64,000 nt of DNA from Octopus vulgaris (taxonomy: Eukaryota): the NCBI GenBank assembly GCA_951406725.2, contig OX597820.1:51150001-51214000 (forward strand), given 5' to 3'. A program made the position numbers and the translations under genes. This document shows positions 53,865-64,000 of this stretch, piece by piece (position 1 is the stretch's first letter; each line of letters starts with the position of its first letter). The notes below the pieces were generated by a model. It was given only the letters and a program-made list of their open reading frames with translations. It was not told the DNA's origin and ran no database searches.

Positions 53865-54371
53865 AAACTAACTTTAAAGTATAAATATGGAATTTTTGAA
53901 TCAGCAATGTTGCGTTCAGTTAAGTTCTATTTGGGGTGAAAAAGTCACTGAACTGATTCCTTATGGGTTTTCCCATTCAATCACCATGAAAAATCGATAA
54001 ACCGATTCCTTATAGGTTTTCCCACTAAAATTGGCAACACCCCATTTTCAACTACAACTGTTACCAATTTTGATGTATTTTGTTCAAACTTGATGCCGGA
54101 GTTACTTAGGATTCATGGGATGTTTGAATGCTTTTTAAGTTCTCCAAAAGAAAAAAAGAAACAATCGGTAAGAGGAAACATCGATAAACCAATTCTTTAT
54201 GGGATTTTCCAATCAAATTGTCTGCAACCTATTCTCAGCCAAACCTTTACCAATTTCAAAAGATTTCGCGCAAATTTCACGTCGGTGTTACGTAGTTTTA
54301 TTTGAAACAACGCGTTTGATTAACTTAATAATCCTAACGTAATCCGTAGCAATGCCTGGATGCACTGCTAG
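53865..54371 (+). mobile_element. Non-autonomous Helitron-like element, 3' part
   Basis: Ends with the hairpin ATCCG-TAGCAATGCC-TGGAT plus GCACTG-CTAG|T, the same terminus type as 44245. The internal motif (G/A)ATTC(C/T)TTAT.GG.TTTTCC occurs three times. Confidence 0.6.
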
Positions 54372-54852
54372 TATTGAATAAACTAGTTTCCTCCAATCAG
54401 GTGAATGTCATTTTTTAAATCTATTATTTGACAGAGAACAGATTGACCACAGTTTTCTAAGATATATTTCAAAATACGTTTAAAATTATTACCGATGTTT
54501 TTTTTTTTCAAAATACTTTGTAATTTTACTTTCGGAATAAAGTTATAGGCTTTTATTGCAAAACTAGTTTTTCAACCACATGACAGACCAATATTTTATT
54601 CAGAAGATGATATGTTCCACACTTTAAAGTAGACACAGAAAAAGGTGCATATATTTAATCTCTCACCCTCTCTCGCACTCTCTCTCCTTCTCTTCTTTGT
54701 CGTTCTTACTATTTACTCTTCACTTGCTATATATTATGTCTATGTATTTATCTACCTATCAATCAATATATGCCTATACACATATTTTTCCCTATAAGTT
54801 TGGATATACTCCCTAATATTATTATTATTATTATTATTGTTATTATTATTAC

Positions 54853-54917
<65 letters not shown>

Positions 54918-54918
<1 letters not shown>

Positions 54919-55044
54919 AAGAGAGATTACGGACAAAACAAAAGACGAAGACAGGTGGTGCACAAAACAAACAGATGTATTAGTATAACGTTCAGTAATA
55001 GAAAAAGTATTTTATGTTTCGAGCCTACGCTCTTCTACAGAATA
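54918..55044 (-). mobile_element. PLE 3'-end repeat (family C) fragment
   Basis: Matches 22421-22552. Minus strand reads CTGTAGA-A-GAGC-GTAG-GCTC-GAAAC-ATA. Confidence 0.75.
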
Positions 55045-55050
55045 TATATA

Positions 55051-55232
55051 GTTCTATACTTAAGAGATGAGGAATTATATACCTTATTTACAATTAACGT
55101 ATATTTGTCCTCACCTTCTTTGTTGTTAAGGCAACTTTTCGGGTGATATACCCTCCAGCCTTCATCAGGTGTCTTGGGGAAATTTCAAACCTGAGTCCTC
55201 ATTCCTTAGGTATTTTTTTGCTGTTGTTGTTG
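55051..55232 (-). mobile_element. PLE-type short repeat (HHR family A) copy
   Basis: Reverse complement of 12755-12935. Minus strand reads GACAC-CTGATGA-A-GGCTG-GAGGGTATAT-CACCC-GAAAA-GTT. Confidence 0.75.
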
Positions 55233-55254
55233 AAGCAGAAGAAGACAAAGCTGG

Positions 55255-57445
55255 TGTATAACAATTTCTACAACGAACGTCTGGATATATTTATGATCAA
55301 ACAGATAGAAAGATTTGTTACTCTTGAAGGATACAAACCAACTGTACATATGTATCTCTTTTTATGTCAATAAGCTAACAGCTTCCACAAGACCGTCATA
55401 TTGCTATCTTCCTTGTATTATTGGTGAAATCTCTATTTCCGTTTAGTCAGTATTCTTCATATCTTGATACCGAGATATGCATCTCTTTTTGTGGTAACAA
55501 GCGAACAGTTTCTACAAAAAATTGGTGACGTAGATGAGATAAAATTTGGCATTGAATGTGGACTGAAATCGAACGCTCAAACGTACGTGAAAATTCAAAG
55601 AAGGCCTCAGCAAAACGAAGAATGTCATCCTCGAGCAAAATAAGATGATGCATCAAAGCAGCTACTCTCCGACTTCAGGCAGTGATTGCTATTCCAATAC
55701 ACATCATCTCTGCAATTGAGGGACATGATCGTGCTCGCTAAACTATTAAGGAAGATATACTAAATAACCAAAGGAGAATAGAAATTATCGAGAAACAAGA
55801 GGCAAACTGGGAAGAAATTGCCGAGATGTTGGAAACCAAAGTTCAAGTGGCCAGTGCATGCGAAGAAGAATGGCAGCTAACAGAATTTTACCAAGGCGAC
55901 TATGTGTACATAAAAACTCATCTGGATGCCCTTGAACGTCTAACGAAACTCGAAGTGTATCTCGAAGTAATTAACTCGTTCGAAGGATTACGGTAATCGT
56001 AGACAACAAGGTCTTGCTAAAGATTCAGCGACGAGGCCTCTTACTGCCTGAATAAGGCTACCGGAGATACAATTACCGACCGTCAATTTCGACCAACTGG
56101 AATGTTCAACATTTTGGTCATTTTTCAAATCAGCAGTTCACAATGCTTCCGAATACGAGCTACCGAAAGTTTAGACGTTCATTTACTTGTACACTTTAAT
56201 CGAAAGCAAAGCAATTGAAACGATTGGTGGTTTGAGTATAACGGCCAAAATCCCGAGCTCGCAACTGAACATTTTAAAGGAAGCTACAGGCAAAATGAAA
56301 CTTCTAAACGCGAGTTGCAAGGCAGCTGAGAAGCATCCGACCGAACAGCGAAAATCCCGAATTGCTCAGGAAAACAATTGATAAACAAGTCCTGTTTGGA
56401 ACTAGAATTACTGGAATGAAATCCTCAAGTGGCGAGGACAATTTTAACATCAAGTTGCAGAACGTGTGATCGCTAGCAACCTCGTGAATCTCAATGACTG
56501 ACAACAGACTAAAAATTATTCAAGGAATATAAGGAATTCATTGAAAATCGAATTAGCATAGGAATTATGGAAGAAACCCCAAAACAAGAAACCGAAAATG
56601 TTCATTATTGAACACACCATCCTGTACTGAAGCAAAGCAGTACACACACGAAGTTGAGAGTTGTTTACGATGCGAATGCAAAGGCTCTGATGAAAGGAAG
56701 AAAATCATCAAAATATGGTAGCAAGTGAAGAGACATTAGAACATGTAGCTGCCTTGGTAAACACTGAGGTTTTCTGTGAAGAGAAATATGAACAAGAGAA
56801 TCAGTCTACTGAAGACATTATCAAAAACAGACATGGAGAAAAAAGAATCAGATATATCTAATATGGTATTAACAGATGTCTTCTGAAGCACCACCAATCC
56901 AGATGGGTATTCTCTGCTCCCTCACAAAACATTTGCTTCCAAGTGATACCAAACCATCAGATATTTCGGAAGATGATACCTTTGCAAAAGACCAATTTCA
57001 AAAAGAACTACCTGTCTCTTTATATACATACAGTAGTGGCGATAGTTGAAAACACTTGATTTGACTGCTATGCTTCAGGAGGAAACAGGAGGCATTCATA
57101 TGATCGGACAAAAGTTAGAGAGAAGATACGTTTAGAGAAAATGAAATATTGTTTGAAATAAATTTGTCGTCAGTTCATGTGAAATTTTTGACAATCTTTT
57201 GTCTCTTAGAGGTTGTCGTGACATATATTTTACGAATTAGCACCGAGTGGCTTTTGTAGCGGTTAACAACGCCATGTTGTTCGATAGCGTTGGCAAATAA
57301 AAAAAGAACACAGACAACGAAAAATTGTAAAAAAGCCAAGACCATCAAGGACTACTGAGTCGCGGTTCGGATGTCTAGACGATAATAACTAGCAGGACAT
57401 ATTTATGATCAAAGAGATCAACTGTACATATGTGTCTCTTTTCGT
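55255..57445 (+). mobile_element. Decayed, internally deleted BEL/Pao LTR retrotransposon
   Basis: Gag DUF1759-like IRLPEIQLPT..FWSFFKSAVHN..FIYLYTLIESKAIETIGGLSITA (56050-56250). Pol KEYKEFIE..GIMEE..VHY*THHPVLKQSSTHTKLRVVYDANAK (56522-56683). LTR remnants share GGA.ATATTTATGATCAAA.AGAT..CAACTGTACATATGT.TCTCTTTT (55283-55365 and 57395-57445). Confidence 0.85.
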
Positions 57446-57566
57446 GTTTATACATATATGTATGTGTGTGTGCGTGTGTTTGTATGTATACATATATATA
57501 TGTATATATTTATATACATATACATATATACATATATACATATATATATTTATGCATATATATATT

Positions 57567-57621
<55 letters not shown>

Positions 57622-57809
57622 GTATATATATATGTATATATATATATATGTATGTATATATGTATGTATGTTTGAATATACTCATATATGTGTTTCTGTA
57701 TATGTATGAGATCGAACTGCGATTTATTTAAGGTCAAGCGTATTGAACATCTGTGATATATCATCCAAAATGTGTGAAATTTCCTTTTACATATAACTAC
57801 TCACACACA

Positions 57810-57846
<37 letters not shown>

Positions 57847-58785
57847 ACGTATTCTAATCCCTCTTAAGCTCCATTTTCTGTTCATTTCAATGTGTGAGCT
57901 TAAAGAATGCGGTATTTTTGCCAAGCAAATGCATATTTTACTGTAACATTCACAGTTTCAGTTCAAATAATGTCAGCAACAGGTGATACAATTTTCATAT
58001 TTATATATAGGAGTGATACGAACGAATTCAGGAAATGAAGTCTGACATAGCCGAAGAATCTTTGCCAATTCCATTTCCGAATTCACTTTCAATATTTGAA
58101 AATCTATAAATCCGTTGCGTTCTAGTTTTGCTTTCATAATTACCATATCATATTTAAGTAAATGTGTAATCCCGTGACAATATTCGTCTCTGCCGCAGCT
58201 GCATTATGAAGTTATATTCTTTTTCACAGCGAATGGTGTCCTCGCAGAGTCCCGTGATTTCCTATTCAATGAACCCACGAAGTTGCAATAGCATTACTTA
58301 TGTGACTTTACATCTTCATCATTTGCTTCAAATCTTGCGAACTGGCCAAATATATGATTGATATTTTTACAACATTTCCTTGCTTTGGTTGAAAGAGGAT
58401 ATAAACTCTGATGCTTTCTAACTGTGACATACGGCCACTTCAGTTGAATTATGTTTCAGATCCTCAATCACTGCAGAAATCTGATTTAGTGAATAGTGTT
58501 GATCAGAATATGGATGTCTTCTCACCAAGAGATCATCGTAACTTGTCAAAGGGTCATCACATTAACGTATGGCAATATTCCAATATATTGGACCACAATC
58601 TAAAACGATACAGATTACAGGAAGTTAATAAAAAAACGAAGATATGTGTGAAATAATCAGGAGATGAAGTTTAGTATGATCTCAGTGTGATGCAGAAGTG
58701 GATGCACAAAATATCTTTAGCTATATCATTATATATCTGCAATATATTTAGGACAATAGAAACAATTACAACATTAAATATATTC

Positions 58786-59468
58786 GAAGGGGTTGGACTG
58801 CTAGAATTGTTAGCACACTGGGCAAAATACTAGCGGCATTTCGTCCATCAAAGTCTGCCGGGTTCCACTTATCATTTCATTATTACGAGGTCAATAGAAT
58901 AAATACGGGCTAGGCACTGGAGCCGATGTAACCGATTTAATCCATCTCCTGAGATTGCTGGTCTTGAGCCAAAATCTGAAACCAATATTGGATATTCTCA
59001 TGCAAGGTGATAAGCTAAGAGAATCGTTGGCATATCGCGCAAAATGCTTGGTGGCGTTTCGTTTCTTGGATTCTGAGTTAAAATTCCGCAAATATCGACT
59101 TTGCAATTCATTTTTTGATGGGTTGATAAAATAATTAGTAATTGAACATTGGGGTCGACCTAAATCATTTTCTCCTTCTATTGAAATTGCTGGTCTTGTG
59201 CTAACATTGGAAACATATATTTAATATTTACCTGCTAGCATGATCTACGACGCCGGTCAACAGAATATCTAGCACACCGGTCAACATGACTAGCGGCATT
59301 TCTTCCGGCTCTTTATGTAAAGAATTCTTGTTCCACAGAGGTGAAATTTGTCTTTGACGTTCTGTGGTCGATGAAATAAAGTATCGCTCAAGTACTGGAG
59401 ACGATATAATAGACCAAAACCATCTCCAAAAATTGCCTACCTTGTGCCAAAATTTAAAACCAATAATA
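58786..59468 (+). mobile_element. Three head-to-tail degenerate SINE S3 copies
   Basis: Units 58786-58989, 59003-59216 and 59231-59468 each have AGAAT..TTAGCA..GCGGCATTTC..GAT.AAATAA..ACTGG.G..GAT..ATTGCTGGTCTTG.GCCAAAAT..GAAAC. Confidence 0.75.
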
Positions 59469-60155
59469 AATATTCTTGTTTGCCTCTTCCGGTCAGCTGT
59501 AACCAATAACATTTAGGAAAAAAAAGCATTCAGATCGGCATTGTCTCGTCTTTTCAAGTATATATTATCTAATGTGCCTTCCCTTTTACCAGGTTAGTAT
59601 GGTTTGATATGGTGGAGATTCCACTGCTATTTCTAGTAACTCCGTCGACGATGTAATAAGTTGAACATAGACAAAACTACATTTTATGTCATGAAAACAC
59701 GCATTCAAACGGAGTGGAATTCCGAGGAAGATACCACCAGCAGAAAGTTTAAGAATTGTACGCTATATCTATGTTATAGCTGTGTTAAAACTTTACTCAT
59801 AAAGCCGCGACATAACACCATGTTAATCTCTTTCCAGTTTTAAAGAATGTTGCTTTCAATTGGCTGTTAAGAACATGATATAAGGGTCATACGTTAATTG
59901 ATAATGCTTTTGAACTATTGTAAAGTGTGGTGTCCGTAAACAGATTATATAAAATTTTCCCCAGAATTAGCAAAAGTCATATTCAAATACAAATCTATAC
60001 TATCTGCCAACACATCTAATCACGGAAAGTTATTTTGAATTGAAATTCAACTTATGAATTGCTTTACATATGAACAGTATTTCTGTTTTATATTGAATAA
60101 GAATTTAATGTGATTCGTTTTAACTTCCTCAGTAATGTATATATATATAAATATC

Positions 60156-60320
60156 GGCGCAGGAGTGGCTGTGTGATAAGAAGCTTGCATACCAACCACA
60201 TGCTTTCAGGTTCAGTCCCACTGTGTGACATCTTCGAAAAGTGTCTTCTACTAGAGCTAGCCTCGGGCCGACCAAAATTTTGTGAGTGGATTTGATAGAC
60301 GGAAACTGAAAGAACCCCGT

Positions 60321-60378
<58 letters not shown>

Positions 60379-60540
60379 TATGCATATGTGGGTATGTCCC
60401 GACATCGCTTGACAACCGATTCAGTTCGGCAAAAGAGACTGACAGTATAAGTATTAGGCTTACAAAGAATAAATCCTGGGGTCGATTTGCTCGACTAAAG
60501 GTGGTGCTCCACCATGGATATAGTCAAATGACTGAAACAT
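60156..60540 (+). mobile_element. SINE family S2
   Basis: GGCGCAGGAGTGGCTGTGTGATAAG head, internal (TA)n and AGTCAAATGACTGAAAC tail. Confidence 0.9.
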
Positions 60541-61598
60541 GTATTAGGCATAGCATCGATTGTATTCTTTCTTTTTCACAGATTCTCTCACTTCATCTCT
60601 ACCCAACCCTCTTTCTGTCTCTCGTACACTCATGCATATGTTTATATATCTCTATGTATACATGCATACAGGCAAAACGAGGGAATGCACAAGGTGGAGA
60701 CTTCAGGATGGTGAATTTATTAATAGCTCCAACTTACAGAGAACAAAACGACACAGAAAATTAAAGTGGTGAGGAAGAAAGCTGTTATAAGCCCAACAGC
60801 TATTTCTGGGGGTTGTTCGGAGAGCCATAATGACGTTCGTGATTCCTCTCAATAGGTAGCTGTAATGAATACAATCAACAGTGGATGACACAAACCTCTG
60901 TCGTGTGGATAGAGAGGGTCTGATATTACAGATCTTAATGCAGAGAAGTTCAAAGATGGAACGAATATATCAATATATGCATGTGTCTATGCATTGGCAT
61001 CTAAGGTTATTTTCGCATTGATGTGTATGGGTGCATTTCTAATTTTTGTACGAGAACAAGAAAACGGAAGATTGATATGTAGACTTTAATTTATCAGAAC
61101 ATATTCACTTCCGAATAATATCAAATACATTGCATCTACGCATGTTTCCAAACAATTCAATTTGAGAAATAAAAATTAACTTAAATTAAATTTTCATACT
61201 GAATACCGTTAATTGAGCATGTAGTCACGGGAAGAATTTGATATAAAGGAGCTACATTACAATGTGCATTTTAATCATTGTTAGACACAGATATATGCGT
61301 TTCATCAACCAATGTATTTAAAAAAAACAACATAACTTCTGTAGATGCATATGCACTTATGTTGATGAATTTGTTCGCGCGTGCGTATAATGTGTTAAAA
61401 AACGAAAGTATCCGTTAGCTTAAGAAATATTTCGATACGATTACTTTACCTATAAATTATAACAACATTCCTAATTTACATTATTAGTTATAATAGATTG
61501 GAATGTCAGGAAAGTATGTAATCATTTGCCACAATTAGTTATAATTCACCCAGTTGTAATCCCTAGTAATTACAGCCAAATAATAAATTATCATCCTT

Positions 61599-61799
<201 letters not shown>

Positions 61800-61960
61800 A
61801 TGTATTATTTATTCATTTTTAAAACCCTTTCTAAAAATTTCTGGCCGATGAGGAATCAAAACAGCTTAGCAAAGTTGAATATATTAAGTCTTCAACATTT
61901 GTGTACGATATATTTATTTATAATAGTAACAATAGATAACAACGATCATAATTCAGGATA

Positions 61961-62063
<103 letters not shown>

Positions 62064-63090
62064 GTATGTATATACACAGACTAGATAACAGCGGATATTA
62101 TTCTTCTTGCATAGTGGTTCTACTAGAAACAAGCTGTCAACCTCTGTCGTATTACATGCACAGAATGCTCATTCCTACAATGCATTTGGTATTGTACAGT
62201 TTGATTCGGATAACCCATTGCTGGAAAAGAAAAAGAACAACTGGTAGAAAATTTTGTGGGATATATTTCTACTTTCAAGGTTCGGCTTCTTTTTTATTGG
62301 AAAATCAGAAATGAAAATAATACTAATTTTTTTAACATCAAATGAAAAATATTTTCTGCGACTGGAAATGTCATTTCTTCATGCTCATCTGTAATTTTAC
62401 TAACAGAGATCATATAGAATTAAACATGTATGTTTTTTCAGGAAAATAGAGAAACCTGTACCTTCCAAGGATTTTAGATATGCCTGAAGCAGCGAACGCG
62501 CATTATGATAAACTGCAATTTATTTGGTAGTGACACATCTGCCTATTTCTCCTACATATCCAAAAATGAAAAGAAGAAAAAATATATCATATATAACTGG
62601 AATGGATAGACCAGCGGCTGCCTGGGGATAAACATCAATATTTCTTTCATGATAGATGAGACATAAGATTCTAAATCAGTAACATAGATTTGCATAGTTT
62701 CATACAAAAATGAGCAAATATAAAAAGAACACGGAAAAAATCATCGGCCCAAATTCCTCAGATTGTTCGTGCAAATTTATTACACATCGATATAGGAAAT
62801 ATATGGAATATTTCTCAGGTATTTTAATTATTAAAGATTGAAATAATCTTAAACAAATATCACTATTCTCACTTGTATTATATCGATCATGATAAAATAT
62901 TTTCGTTTAGGGCCATGTTGTTTCTAAGACTACAACAACATGCTTCCTCAATGCTAAAACAATGCAAATTTAGCCAATGATTTCGAAACAAATCAATGAA
63001 ACACTGTTTAGTTGTATGTATGTGCATGTATGTCTGTATGTAGCTATGCGTGTATGTATATATGTATATGTGTATGCATATATGTATGTA

Positions 63091-63143
<53 letters not shown>

Positions 63144-63160
63144 TTGTATGCATGTACGTG

Positions 63161-63205
<45 letters not shown>

Positions 63206-63493
63206 TTATATGTTTGTGTGTGTATTAATATTTCGAGTATTTCTGACACGTGTGTACAGACGTTCTTACAATTTAAAGTAAATAATTCAGATGTTACCTA
63301 TCTGTAAATGTATTTAATTTCATCAAACAAACTACGAGACTATACGAGGGCATACAAGAACATGCATGGGACACACACGCATAAACACACGCGCAAACGC
63401 ACACCCATACACATAAACATACAAGCACACATAAACTAACAAATCTCAAATACAATCTCAAATACAAGCACACATACATACATCATATACATA

Positions 63494-63563
<70 letters not shown>

Positions 63564-63956
63564 TATGTATATACACATGCACACAAACACACACACATGC
63601 ACACACATATATATTATATACCGTTTTCTCGTAAAACTACGTGTCTAACTATATGAAATTTTTACTTTCATTATTGTGGTACGTGCTTAGTTTGTATGTG
63701 TATGAATGATGTGAACTGCTAAACTTGCAAGACACCGATCTTTTCACATCTGGAAATGAAATTTCAGAATATATGTTTTATTTAATTTTTTTTTGTTTTA
63801 TACGGTATTTATATTTTGTTAAACAAGATGTCTAAGGGAACTGATTGACAGTATAAATATAAGCAGTATAAATGCATACATACATACAAACATACATATA
63901 TACATACATACAAGTACGTGTATGTCTATACATACATACATATATGTATATGTATG

Positions 63957-64000
<44 letters not shown>

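Overview
AT-rich, microsatellite-dense eukaryotic DNA. The SINE and repeat families look cephalopod (octopus-like); this is recognition, not a search result. Only one host coding exon is supported: the 3'-terminal exon (13170-13791, +) of a heparan sulfate glucosamine 3-O-sulfotransferase of the HS3ST2/3/4/6 / Hs3st-B type. Its upstream exon is not seen, so 1-13169 is probably intron. The rest is intergenic and filled with at least three SINE families, an R4/Dong-like LINE 3' end, RTE fragments, an internally deleted Tc1, a mariner MITE, Helitron-like non-autonomous elements, a decayed BEL/Pao LTR element and several decayed Penelope-like elements (PLEs). The most notable signal is a set of hammerhead ribozyme (HHR) motifs in at least four different short PLE/retrozyme-like families. 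These include an apparently intact type I HHR with an extended, branched stem II (44830-44929, -) and a young inverted-plus-tandem HHR repeat (32053-33235). Almost all listed ORFs are microsatellite or repeat artefacts.
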